Program-made: the position numbers and the translations under genes
Virus record (IMG/VR): IMGVR_UViG_3300032327_000953
Coordinates: 128,001-192,000 of that record
DNA from: a virus
Taxonomy: Duplodnaviria > Caudoviricetes
DNA: 64,000 bases
Strand: one strand, 5' to 3'
Shown here: piece after piece, positions 21,102-31,507 of the stretch
How positions within the stretch are numbered: the first letter of the stretch is position 1
Layout: each line of letters opens with the position of its first letter
Notes under the pieces: generated by a model
Database searches by the model: none
What the model saw: only the letters and a program-made list of their open reading frames with translations
What the model was told of the DNA's origin: nothing

Positions 21102-21751
21102 TGGAATCAGTAAAATTAGTTTCGGTAACTCCCGATGCAGAAAAACTTATGGCATATTGTGCAAGAGTGAGCAACCCGAATAATCAAGACAATGAAAACT
21201 ATTCCAAGCTTTTAGCATACTGTATCAAGAATCAGCATTGGAGTATTTTTGAACAAGCATTTATGACTGTAGAAATTAATACAACAAGAGGATTAGCTGC
21301 TCAAATTCTACGACACAGAAGTTTTACTTTTCAAGAATTTAGCCAAAGATATGCTGACGCTACATTGTTAGCTGAAGATATCCCTATGTTTGAACTGAGA
21401 AGGCAGGATAATAAAAATAGACAGAATAGTATTGACGACATATCTAATGAGACTAAGGTGAAATGGAATACTCAAATTCGTGAGCATTTTTCTAAAGCTA
21501 AGGCTATTTATGATGGTATGATCGCAGATGGTATTGCTAAAGAATGTGCTAGATTTGTTTTACCTTTAGCAACTCCCACTAGACTTTACATGAGTGGTTC
21601 TATTCGTAGTTGGATTCACTATGTAGAATTACGATCATCCAATGGAACTCAAAAAGAACATAGACTTATTGTAGAAGAAATTAAGAAAGTTTTTTCAGAA
21701 CAATTCCCCACAGTATCAGAAGCATTAGGATGGAGCAATGAGAATGTATAA
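21101..21751 (+). CDS. thyX: FAD-dependent thymidylate synthase
   Basis: RHRSFTFQEFSQRY ThyX signature, HWSIFE, ARFVLP, TQKEHR. Confidence 0.97.
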   Translation: MESVKLVSVTPDAEKLMAYCARVSNPNNQDNENYSKLLAYCIKNQHWSIFEQAFMTVEINTTRGLAAQILRHRSFTFQEFSQRYADATLLAEDIPMFELRRQDNKNRQNSIDDISNETKVKWNTQIREHFSKAKAIYDGMIADGIAKECARFVLPLATPTRLYMSGSIRSWIHYVELRSSNGTQKEHRLIVEEIKKVFSEQFPTVSEALGWSNENV

Positions 21752-21909
21752 TATAACAGCACAAGTGTATGAGTTACATGATCATTCTAAACAACATCTT
21801 TTGATTAATCAAGTTATGGACGCAGTATCAGAAGAGGATGCTATTTTTCAATTTAAGGATCAGCATCGCATTAAGTTTCAAGTAGTTAAAATTCATTCAG
21901 TAGAACAAT

Positions 21910-22551
21910 TTGAATATGGAAACTAAATCTAATCTCACAATTAAGATAATTAGAGAATTACTCGACAATCAATTTTCTGTATTATTGTATAATAAAGAAC
22001 AGCTACCAGATGCTTGCGGTGGATGGTGTTCTATTGATGATGATGAGAGAGAATTTGTGGTGGCTATGAAACATCACATGGGTTTTGAAATTCTAATTCA
22101 TGAGTATTGTCATTTTTTACAATGGAAAACTGATCGTAAATTATGGGATAGAAGTATGTCTACATATGATGTTCTTTTTGACTGGATTAGTTTTCCCTCA
22201 TTAGTTCATAATGCTTTTGTTAAAGACTGTAAGATTACTCAAGAAGAGCTTGATCAAAGTTTGCATGATATTCTAGAGATAGAGCATGATTGTGAGAAAA
22301 GAGTTCTGAAACTTGTTAAAAATTGTCCTATTGAGGATTTTGATACAAATAAATATATTCGGGCTGCTAATGCTTATTTATGGTCTTATCACTTAAATAG
22401 AGAACTAAGAATGAGACCTAAAAATCCAATCTATTCTGTAAGAGTATTAGAACATATGTCGAATACTTTTAATAATGATCTATCTTTCTATCTAGATAGA
22501 CATAATCTAACTGATTCTATACGCCAAGCATTACTGGCTGAATACGAATAA
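21910..22551 (+). CDS. hypothetical protein with HExxH zincin motif
   Basis: IHEYCH followed by IEHDCE. Confidence 0.5.
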   Translation: MNMETKSNLTIKIIRELLDNQFSVLLYNKEQLPDACGGWCSIDDDEREFVVAMKHHMGFEILIHEYCHFLQWKTDRKLWDRSMSTYDVLFDWISFPSLVHNAFVKDCKITQEELDQSLHDILEIEHDCEKRVLKLVKNCPIEDFDTNKYIRAANAYLWSYHLNRELRMRPKNPIYSVRVLEHMSNTFNNDLSFYLDRHNLTDSIRQALLAEYE

Positions 22552-22565
22552 TTCTCAAGTCTCAG

Positions 22566-22594
22566 TTGACAATTCGACGATACTGTGATATAAT
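22566..22594 (+). promoter_or_regulatory. sigma70 consensus promoter with GACGATA in the spacer
   Basis: TTGACA(22566-22571)-17 bp-TATAAT(22589-22594). Confidence 0.85.
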
Positions 22595-22612
22595 CTTGCA
22601 AACGGAGGAATT

Positions 22613-23521
22613 ATGAGATTTGGACTGTGTTGCATTTCGCTCAAACTTAAAGAACAAGGTTTTGGTCATCAGACTATGACCTACAAGCGTTTTAATTCTT
22701 TGCCACGAGAAGAAGCATTAGAAACTCTTGGGGACAGAATTTTGAATAATCTAATTACAACAGATAAGACTATTCAATTTTGTGCAGAGAATGATTATAC
22801 CTATCGTGTTAGTAGCGATATTTTTCCCCTTATTACTTATGACGAAGCTAATGTAAATCTTGAGGATTTGCCTAATTATGATGCTATTCAAAATGAGTTT
22901 GATAATATTGCACAAAGTATATCCAATACTAATGTTCGCGTTTCTTGTCATCCTAGCGAATTCAATAGTTTATCAAGTCTCAATGAAAAAGTTGTCGAAA
23001 AAACAATTACTGAACTCAACTTCTACAGCAGTTTCTTTGACAGAATTGGACTTCCAGCAGATCATAGATCTCCAATGAATTTTCATATACATAATAATAA
23101 TGGCACTAGAGAAGAAATCTCGCACAGGTTCTATAACAACTTTAAGAAACTAGACAAAAATTGTCAGGATCGCATAACAATTGAAAACGATGACAAACTT
23201 AACTGTTGGAGCGTGAAAGAATTGGTGGATATTTTTCATCCAATTACAAGAATCCCAATTTGCTTCGACTATCTGCATCACAAGTGCCATCCTAATAATT
23301 TGACAGAATGTGAAGCTATTAATATGTGCTGGGATACTTGGCAGACTAAACCACTATTTCATTATAGCGAATCATCACTAGGAAATAATCCTCGTAAACA
23401 CGCAGACTATGCAGTAAAACCTCTAAATACTTATGGATTAGAGTTTGATCTTGATATGGAACTAAAAGGTAAAGACTTAGCTATTGCCGAATACAGTGAA
23501 ATTTTAACTACATATTCTTAA
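22613..23521 (+). CDS. uvsE: UV DNA damage endonuclease
   Basis: GLCCI, YRVSS..FP, RVSCHP, IENDD, FDYLHH, LFHYSE, HADY, DMELKGKD motifs. Confidence 0.95.
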   Translation: MRFGLCCISLKLKEQGFGHQTMTYKRFNSLPREEALETLGDRILNNLITTDKTIQFCAENDYTYRVSSDIFPLITYDEANVNLEDLPNYDAIQNEFDNIAQSISNTNVRVSCHPSEFNSLSSLNEKVVEKTITELNFYSSFFDRIGLPADHRSPMNFHIHNNNGTREEISHRFYNNFKKLDKNCQDRITIENDDKLNCWSVKELVDIFHPITRIPICFDYLHHKCHPNNLTECEAINMCWDTWQTKPLFHYSESSLGNNPRKHADYAVKPLNTYGLEFDLDMELKGKDLAIAEYSEILTTYS

Positions 23522-24006
23522 TAAGGAGAAGATTATGGCTCAAATCGGTGCAATTTCAATTAGTCCTAATGTTAATACTCAAGCAATGATTAACTTGCTA
23601 AAGGAAGATAAGAAGATTACTATTGGTCAGGAACAAGTTGCCCCCGATGGTACTCGTTATATCCCCATAGAAAAGAACTAAAATGTCAGCTAACCTTATT
23701 CTTATAACTGGCGTAATTTACCTTTACATAGCCATAGAACAAGGTTATCTACATAATAACTACGGTATGTTTATTGCATATCTTGGTTATGCAGCAGCGA
23801 ATGTTGGTTTATATATGTTAGCTTCTAAATAGGAGGTCTTATGAAAGAGCCTAAAAGAATCAAACTCAATCCAGAAACACCAACACCAAAAGAACCTACT
23901 AAGCGTCCACTACCTCCACTATCTAAGCCAGAGTGGAATGTAACTGGTCAAGATAATGATGATACATATACTCCTTTAGACTTGGATAAAGTTAATAGAC
24001 TATTGA

Positions 24007-24474
24007 ATGAAATATCAGATGAAGATAATTCAAAAGACAATTAAACGAGCATACGATCATTGGGAACCAGACCCTTTAATTAGATGCTATCATTATGCTG
24101 CTGCTTTTGATGGCAATAAGATGATCGAATTTGCACAAAATAATCCTATTAAAATGAGTACGAAAGCTTTTAGGATTGGTAAACGATTTAATATACCAAA
24201 GTATCTGGAGTATCCTTATGTTCATAGTGAATCTCATCTTATTTCTAAATTACTTGATCGTTATAACTCCATTGATCCTAATTGGAGTATATGTGTCTTA
24301 CGAATTAACAGACTTGGATTGATTCTTGGAAGTAAACCATGCGTTAATTGTTCTAAACTATTAAATGCTGTTGGCTTAAGTAATGTATATCATAGTGATG
24401 ATGATGGTAACTTTATCTGTCCTACCAAAACAATCAAGATTGATTGCAATAATATAGCAATTTCTCAAGTCTGA
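24007..24474 (+). CDS. zinc-dependent cytidine/deoxycytidylate deaminase-fold protein
   Basis: HSE...SKPCVNC (HxE/PCxxC). Confidence 0.75.
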   Translation: MKYQMKIIQKTIKRAYDHWEPDPLIRCYHYAAAFDGNKMIEFAQNNPIKMSTKAFRIGKRFNIPKYLEYPYVHSESHLISKLLDRYNSIDPNWSICVLRINRLGLILGSKPCVNCSKLLNAVGLSNVYHSDDDGNFICPTKTIKIDCNNIAISQV

Positions 24475-24477
24475 CGG

Positions 24478-24505
24478 TTGACACTGACGATACTTGTGGT
24501 ATACT
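24478..24505 (+). promoter_or_regulatory. sigma70-type promoter with GACGATA in the spacer
   Basis: TTGACA(24478-24483)-16 bp-TATACT(24500-24505). Confidence 0.7.
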
Positions 24506-24524
24506 TCAATTATGGAGGACAAGT

Positions 24525-24743
24525 ATGATTTGCAACTATTGTAGAAGTATGATCGACGCTGACCGTGCTGATTTTTTGACAGAATATAAACGCCCTATGG
24601 TTTGTGTTGAATGTTCAACAGAGCAGAGGGCTGTTGGCTATATGGATTGGGGACATAAAACAGCACCTAGTTTGGTTATGGTTCCGGCAAATGCCAAAGA
24701 AACTATTCGTAAACTTGACAGAGCAAATAGGAGAGCAAGATGA
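24525..24743 (+). CDS. TraR/DksA-type C4 zinc finger protein
   Basis: CNYC...I...R...L......CVEC pattern; GGAGG RBS. Confidence 0.65.
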   Translation: MICNYCRSMIDADRADFLTEYKRPMVCVECSTEQRAVGYMDWGHKTAPSLVMVPANAKETIRKLDRANRRAR

Positions 24744-26122
24744 GCAGTATGACTTGGCTAGATTTGTATAATTTTTTCCATAAACAAGCACATGATTTTG
24801 AGAATCTTGGTAAATTTGATTGGAATAGTCCAGCAGTTATTCACGACGCTTCTACTGGAGATGAAGTAAATTGTGATACTTGGATTATATCTGATGATAG
24901 AGGTAATGATAGATTTGTACTAGCGACCAATGTTGAAAGTATTTTTAATGATACCAAGAAAGGAAAATCTTGATGAATGATATTGAGATAGAGAGTCTTT
25001 TATTCAAGCAAGTTGAAAAACCAAAGTATCTTACAATGACTAAAATTATTAATCTTTGGGAAAACAGATACCGAATCAATTTGTATATTGAAACTTTGGA
25101 AGATGGTTTGATTAAAAGGAAAATAGAGAATAGTTATTTTTGTCATTATAGTCCCGGCACATTGACAATAATTCCCGATCCAGATAAGAAACCAGAAGAT
25201 TTAAAAAAGAAATGGTGAGTTATGCCAATAGCAACTTTAAAATTTAAGCTACCAGAAGAACAGTACGAATTTGATACTGCTATTCAAGCTGTTAATGCTA
25301 AAAGAATGTTGTGGGATTTTTCTCAACAACTACGATCTTGGCAGAAATACAGTAATGATTTTAATGACGCTGGAGATGCTCTAGATAAGATAAGAACAGA
25401 ATTTTATAGATTAGTTACCCAATACAATATTAATATAGACTAAGGAGATTGCTGTGCCACTATTTGAAGTTAATACAGTTTCTTTGTTTCGTCACAAGTA
25501 TGTTATTGAGGCTAAAAATCTTGAACACGCTTACGATACTATCTTGTGTGATAAACCAGAAGAATTGACACAAAAACATCTTGAAGAAACTATTCTTGAT
25601 GGTAGAGAGATTACATATCAAGATTTTGATAAACTCTGTAAAGACTCTATGAACGATAGCTCAGAATTAAGCAATGCTCACTTAGGGAAGAGAATTATAC
25701 ATAAAGTGGATTATAGCTATGAGTCCTGAACTAGCAGATAAATTAATTTCAGCATATCCTGAGCAATTTAAAAACTTACGATGGATAGAATGTGGAGATG
25801 GTTGGTTTAGTATTTTATCAAGGTTATGCTATATTGTAGATAGTCATCTTGTTCGTAAGAAAAAACTTAACGAGCCTCTGGAATTGTTTTGCTGGCAACA
25901 AATCAAAGAAAAATTTGGAGGATTAAGAGCTTATGCTTATGATGCCGATGATTTTATTAAAGGAGCCATAGAAATGGCAGAAAGTATGAGCTATATCACT
26001 TGTGAGGTTACTGGAGAAAGAGGTAAGCTTAGAAAACAAATGCTTAATGAAAAACAAGAACTTATTCCAGCATGGATTAAAACTCTTTGTGATAATGAGG
26101 CAAAAAAGGAAGGATATGTAGT

Positions 26123-26809
26123 ATGACTTTTGATGCTATAGTTATTAGTGATATTCATTTGGGGAGTAATGTTTGTCAGGCTAAAACTCTAGCATCTTTT
26201 CTGTCTAGGATTGAACTTGGAGAGACCGATACTGATACTTTAATTATCAATGGAGATTTATTTGATAGTTGGGATTTTCGCAAACTAAAAAAAGATCACT
26301 GGAAGATACTGTCTCAAATTCGTAAAATATCTGACATTATTAAAGTTATCTGGATTAGTGGCAACCATGATGGGCCTGCTGATATGGTGAGTCATTTGAT
26401 TGGTGTTGATTTTATGAATGAGTATAGTTTTATCAGTGGAGATGAAAAGATATTAATCTTACATGGAGATATTTTTGACAATGTGATTTCCAAATATCCT
26501 AGACTAACGAAAATAGCTGATTATATTTACAGATGGCTACAAATTTATGCGGGATTATACTTCTCAAACCTTGCTAAACGTAGTAGTAAAACCTTTTTAA
26601 GATGTTCTCAGGAAGTTTGTGAAAGAGCAAAGTTATATTGCTCTATTAAAAAATGTGATTCAATAATTTGTGGTCATACCCATTTAGCTACCACAGATGT
26701 CTCTGGATCAACAAACTACTATAATAGTGGATGTTGGACTGATCATCCTTGTTCATATATCTCGATCAAAGATGGTCATATTAAAATAAACTATGTTGAT
26801 GTATTATAA
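26123..26809 (+). CDS. metallophosphoesterase, LpxH/UDP-2,3-diacylglucosamine hydrolase-like
   Basis: SDIHLG, NGDLFD, SGNHD, LHGD.FD, ICGHTH, YNSGCW. Confidence 0.85.
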   Translation: MTFDAIVISDIHLGSNVCQAKTLASFLSRIELGETDTDTLIINGDLFDSWDFRKLKKDHWKILSQIRKISDIIKVIWISGNHDGPADMVSHLIGVDFMNEYSFISGDEKILILHGDIFDNVISKYPRLTKIADYIYRWLQIYAGLYFSNLAKRSSKTFLRCSQEVCERAKLYCSIKKCDSIICGHTHLATTDVSGSTNYYNSGCWTDHPCSYISIKDGHIKINYVDVL

Positions 26810-26814
26810 TAAAA

Positions 26815-26840
26815 AACTCCCAGTATTTCTACCGGGAGTT
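26815..26840 (-). terminator. hairpin terminator between convergent genes
   Basis: AACTCCC/GGGAGTT stem with an A-run on the left (U-run for the minus strand). Confidence 0.6.
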
Positions 26841-26872
26841 CTTATTAAAAGAATTGTTAGACTAAACTAACA

Positions 26873-28138
26873 TTAGGCTTTTGGTTTTTGATCTTTTAGC
26901 ATATGTTTTAATCTAGCATTTAGATCATCAGTTCTTGGTTGCTCTGATAATCTTAAAGCTGTAAACATTTCATTTGAAACTTCTGATGGAAACTCACGTT
27001 TATTTCTAGCTGTACGATTATCTTTAACATAAGTCATACCCGATACTGGATACATATTATTCATTGGATATGAAGTTAAGATACCATTAGCATAGCAATT
27101 AAGATGAGTATCTGTTAATACTCCATAAAAATTCAAATCGCCACTAGCACTCACCAACTCTTTAGATACTAATGTAGTATTAGTTCCATTTGCTTTAATA
27201 GTAACCATACCGCTTGGGGTACTATTAGGCATTGTACTAACGAATGAATTAGAATCAACGCTATAAACTCTATGACCCAAAGCTGGAGACGTACTATCTA
27301 AAACTGTTCCATCAGCAAAAGTAACTTTACTATATTTATCTGCTGGTTGAGCAACAGATAGCCATGCTGGTTTAGCAGTATCAGACTTGCCTTCATCAAA
27401 ATTCCAGACTAAAAGATCATCATTATAAGTTAAATCTTCAACATTTTTCTCAGAACCATCAGCAAGAGTAATCTTTGTTCCCTGCAAGAAACATGAACCA
27501 GTAATCTTTACTGTTTTTGTTGGCCCATAGAACATTACTTCATCATCAAGAACATGATCATAAGCATACATCCAAGGAGTAACATAAAATGTTCCAATGT
27601 CGCCACCAACATAAAGAGTAAAATCTGATCCATTTAAGTAGCCATAAACATTATTAGAATCAGAATAATCATAATCTGTGTCCCAAGTTGGAGCTTTAAC
27701 AGTTTTACTAGCAACATAACCAACACCTATAACATAATCATCATACTGATCACCAGCACTAATTGGTTGAACTTCAACATAAGCACTAGCATTAGCATTA
27801 TCTGTTAGTTCGCTAAGGTAAACTTTAAATGGCTCCCTAACAACATCATGCCTATTATCGTTTGTAGCAATATTTGCTGCAAATTTAAGAGTATAAGTAT
27901 CAACTAAACCACTACCAGCTATTACCGAAGAACTAGTTACTGTCATCTTTTTAGATTTATCAACAGCGCTAAAACTATCAACCTTATCACTAACTTTTGA
28001 TAATAATGCTCTCATGAAAGCTCTCATATCATCATTGTTTGGCTGAAAAGAAGAATCAAAATTATCTTTATGCATATAAAAATAATCACCATCCCAATCA
28101 CTATCAAATAAATATTCGTTCACATACTGTTTAGCCAT
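26873..28138 (-). CDS. Hint (Hedgehog/intein)-domain autoprocessing protein, probable virion/surface protein
   Basis: GS|CFLQGTKITLADG (C216), GHRVY, FYGVLTDTHLNCYANGILTS; about 70-aa C-terminal extension. Confidence 0.8.
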   Translation of the reverse strand: MAKQYVNEYLFDSDWDGDYFYMHKDNFDSSFQPNNDDMRAFMRALLSKVSDKVDSFSAVDKSKKMTVTSSSVIAGSGLVDTYTLKFAANIATNDNRHDVVREPFKVYLSELTDNANASAYVEVQPISAGDQYDDYVIGVGYVASKTVKAPTWDTDYDYSDSNNVYGYLNGSDFTLYVGGDIGTFYVTPWMYAYDHVLDDEVMFYGPTKTVKITGSCFLQGTKITLADGSEKNVEDLTYNDDLLVWNFDEGKSDTAKPAWLSVAQPADKYSKVTFADGTVLDSTSPALGHRVYSVDSNSFVSTMPNSTPSGMVTIKANGTNTTLVSKELVSASGDLNFYGVLTDTHLNCYANGILTSYPMNNMYPVSGMTYVKDNRTARNKREFPSEVSNEMFTALRLSEQPRTDDLNARLKHMLKDQKPKA

Positions 28139-28166
28139 TCGTAATCTCCTTTATTGTTATTGTTAA

Positions 28167-28544
28167 TTAAGCTTCTGTTGGAAAACTAATTGGTGCATTT
28201 GTTACATTCAAATTCATAGTAACTGTAAAAGTTACCGTCTGACTATTTGCATCAATTGTTTTTGTTGCTTTTGCAATACTAAAATTAGCTGGTTTCTCTT
28301 CAACAGTCAATGCATTATAAGTATTATTTACAGCATTTAAAACTGAATAAACAAATTCTGGAGTATCTTTTCTGTTATCATAATTATAAGATTCCAACAT
28401 TATCTGACTTTCTGTTTGGTCATCATAATATGGAATAAAAACTCCACCATATCTACCATAAACCAAACCTCCCCACATACCATGAGATGCTGCAAAACCG
28501 TCACTTGGAAATACATCATTCATACTAAAATTAACTGATGGCAT
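28167..28544 (-). CDS. hypothetical beta-rich protein, co-transcribed with the Hint protein
   Basis: 125-aa ORF, AAAGGAG RBS on the minus strand. Confidence 0.7.
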   Translation of the reverse strand: MPSVNFSMNDVFPSDGFAASHGMWGGLVYGRYGGVFIPYYDDQTESQIMLESYNYDNRKDTPEFVYSVLNAVNNTYNALTVEEKPANFSIAKATKTIDANSQTVTFTVTMNLNVTNAPISFPTEA

Positions 28545-28657
28545 ATTTTGCTCCTTTAATTAGTACAAAATAAAAAGTTTACTATATTTAATTCCTCTAT
28601 ATAATACACTATTTTAGGGGAATTTTGCAGTAACCTGTTTTTTTTAAAGATCAATGC

Positions 28658-28685
28658 TTGACAGTGCCGATAACTGTGGTATACT
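28658..28685 (+). promoter_or_regulatory. sigma70-type promoter with GCCGATA in the spacer
   Basis: TTGACA(28658-28663)-16 bp-TATACT(28680-28685). Confidence 0.7.
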
Positions 28686-28721
28686 GATGAAAGTGACGTA
28701 ACTAACACAGGAGAAACTGAG

Positions 28722-29126
28722 ATGGGTAAGGGTCAAAAAACTTGTGATAAATGTGGAGCTACCACAGGCCCAAGAGCTTATATGTGTCCTAAATGTAATG
28801 CTCCATTTGTTTTTAAGGCAAAAAGCAAAGAGGCAAAGAACACCAAGATTATTCGTGATTTTAACTGGAAAGAACTGGTTAAGGGAGATCGAATCAGAGT
28901 TGGTGGAGGCCCGTACTTTGTTAGCAAGGGAGAATTTATCCCTATGGGTTATAGAGGTCGTTTTGTTGTTGAGGCTCTTGACCATGATGGAATTAAAGCA
29001 TGGGGTCTAGACAAGCATCAAGGCTTCTGTCACATTTATATGGGTCTGGATACTCAGAATAAAGAAACTGGAGTTTGGAAGATAAAACATAAGCTTATGA
29101 AATTGAAAACTAAAGTTGAGGTTTAA
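28722..29126 (+). CDS. zinc-ribbon-containing hypothetical protein
   Basis: CDKC...GPRAYMCPKC; CAGGAG RBS. Confidence 0.6.
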   Translation: MGKGQKTCDKCGATTGPRAYMCPKCNAPFVFKAKSKEAKNTKIIRDFNWKELVKGDRIRVGGGPYFVSKGEFIPMGYRGRFVVEALDHDGIKAWGLDKHQGFCHIYMGLDTQNKETGVWKIKHKLMKLKTKVEV

Positions 29127-30206
29127 TATGGAATCTAATCAGGACAAAAAAGATCAACTTAATGATCTTATGGATTGTCGAGATAATATTGTTGACTCTC
29201 TCGCTAAGATTCAAACTATCCTTAGAGTAAATTTTCCAAAAGAATATGAAAAAGCTATTCAATTTTATATTCCACAAATTGTAACTGCTCTTTATGAGGA
29301 TGAAAAGTGGCTAAGTAGAGGAGAATATAGTCTACAGAACACTATTGACAATCTTGTTGAATGGTGTAAAAATGATGAGATAGATAAAAGTATTCAAAAA
29401 TATATTTGACTTGGAATAAAGAAATGGAAACCTATAGCATTATTGATTTGGAAGGATATGCAAAAGCCATGAGAAGTGGTGCAGCATCCTCTTTCTCTCA
29501 AGAGTATTCTGAGAACCTTGATGAGTTTATTACTATTTTTCAAGTAATTAATCTGATCAAGAAGAACAACCTTGGACTAGATCAAGAAGGAAATTATCTT
29601 ATCAATCAGGATATTTTTGATGAGATATTTGATAATATTAGAGAATGGCTTTATGAAGTTGGTCTTGCCAAGTTGGCAGCAAAAGGTTTTGTAGATTGTG
29701 CATGGGATGATGAAGCTAATGGAATGATATTTTGGCTTCCAAACAAAGACAATACCTCAATATCCTCTAAACCATCAAAATCAGAATAAATAATGGGCAA
29801 ACAAGAAATAGAAGAACTTAAAGAACAAATTCATGATTTGAAAGAATATCTATATTCTGATTTGTGTAAAGCTTGTGGCGATGCTGCATTAGCTTTAGAC
29901 AAAATTAATCAAAGACTAATGGAGTTAGAAACACAAAACAATACAGCAAATTCTTGACAACCATTGTTTGATAAGATATAATTAATGGTCATGGGGGTTT
30001 GTTCTATATTGAGAAACGGAGTCTTAACATTAAACTTCAACCACTGACTATTATATTTTTAGGACTATTCTTAACATCTCTAGGTTTTAATATTCTATTC
30101 TTACAAAGAGTAAAAGAACTAAATAATAGGCCAGCAAGAATTATAGTAGAAAGACCACAACAAGAAATTCATATTAAACCAAAAGTTTGGGGATATACTG
30201 ATAATC

Positions 30207-30559
30207 GGGCTAGTAAAGGTATCGACAGGTAAAATAGGTATAGATTGCATCGACTGGTTAATCGACCGGCCAGTTTAAAAGTCGATTAAAATTGTTAATT
30301 GGCGAAGTTTCAACTCTCGCTCTCGCTGCCTAATTAATTAGGTAATGAGTGGGGCGGCATGAGCCTTATTACCAAATCATGCTGACTCCGATATTCGGAT
30401 ATGGTAGTCCTACCAGACATAAATAGGAATGATGATTGTACTCAATCTGACGCAGATAATTCTGATAGCTTTGTTGGTAGTGTGATAACAATCAACTAAC
30501 GATGTAGAAGTTTATATTGATGTTTATTCTGGACGGCAGTTCGACTCTGCCCTAGTCCA
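30207..30559 (+). ncRNA. ssrA: tmRNA
   Basis: Acceptor GGGCTAG/CTAGTCC-A with G3.U70, TCGAC after the D-like loop, T-arm GGCAG-TTCGACT-CTGCC, tag ORF GGC GAA GTT TCA ACT CTC GCT CTC GCT GCC TAA (30301-30333; GEVSTLALAA). Confidence 0.93.
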
Positions 30560-30613
30560 CTTAATTTAGCTCTTGTCCATGTTTTGGTGTAAAGATATGT
30601 ACAGGAGACAACT

Positions 30614-31147
30614 ATGAAAACGAATACGTCTGTTGATTGTTCATATTGCGGTAAAAAAGTACTCAAATTAGCTTCAGAAGTAAAAAGACGAAGAAAAGCA
30701 GGAAAAGATAAGTTCTATTGTAATAACAATTGTTCTGGTAAACATAAGGCTGTTTATGTTATGCCATATAAGGATAATTTCAAAAAAACAAAATATACCA
30801 GACAACCAGATAAGTTTGCTAATTTTAGATGGTATATAAAAAATGTCATCAAAAATTCTAAAAAACGTAATCAGGAATATGATATAGATTTAGAATATTT
30901 GAACCAATTATGGGAAAACCAACTTGAGGTCTGCCCATTTACTAAACAGAAATTAGAACTCAGAACTCACAGCTATAACAATAAGAAACATCCATATTCA
31001 GCTTCTTTGGATAGAATAGACAATACAAAAGGTTATGTAAAAGGGAATATAAGATTTGTTGCCTTAATATTTAATTATGCTAAGAATACATTCAACGATC
31101 AACAAGTTTTAGATTTTTGCAAAAATACGGTTTCAAATGTCTCGTAA
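30614..31147 (+). CDS. putative HNH-like (beta-beta-alpha-Me) endonuclease with N-terminal zinc finger
   Basis: CSYC...YCNNNC; CPFT...SASLDRIDNTKGYVKGNIRFV..IFNYAKN. Confidence 0.7.
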   Translation: MKTNTSVDCSYCGKKVLKLASEVKRRRKAGKDKFYCNNNCSGKHKAVYVMPYKDNFKKTKYTRQPDKFANFRWYIKNVIKNSKKRNQEYDIDLEYLNQLWENQLEVCPFTKQKLELRTHSYNNKKHPYSASLDRIDNTKGYVKGNIRFVALIFNYAKNTFNDQQVLDFCKNTVSNVS

Positions 31148-31481
31148 AATTTGTACTTACTGTGGAAAGCGTAAAAACCTAGCAAGTTTTCCCAAGCACA
31201 GTATGTATAAAGATAATCTTGATAGTAGATGTAGAAAATGTGTTAAGAAACACTCTAAAATTAGAGTTAAGCTACACAAAAAAGCCCCACCAAAACCAGA
31301 AGTTTGTGAATGTTGTAAAAAAGTTCCTTACAAATGGGCTTTAGATCATGATCATGATGACAATACTTTTAGGGGTTGGTTATGCGAACCTTGCAATACT
31401 GGTATAGGTAAATTAGGTGATGATTTTCAGAGCATTGTGAACGCTATGAATTATTTTCTTTCAAGACCAAATCGCAAATAG
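31137..31481 (+). CDS. endonuclease VII-family protein
   Basis: CECC...LDHDH....FRGWLCEPCNTGIGKLGD. Confidence 0.8.
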   Translation: MSRKICTYCGKRKNLASFPKHSMYKDNLDSRCRKCVKKHSKIRVKLHKKAPPKPEVCECCKKVPYKWALDHDHDDNTFRGWLCEPCNTGIGKLGDDFQSIVNAMNYFLSRPNRK

Positions 31482-31507
31482 ACGATACTTGACAAAGAGA
31501 TCACCGT

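Noticed and set aside
27071-27493. Canonical splicing intein
   Set aside because: It lacks the terminal His-Asn and has no homing endonuclease or conserved host enzyme, so it is treated as a non-splicing Hint domain.
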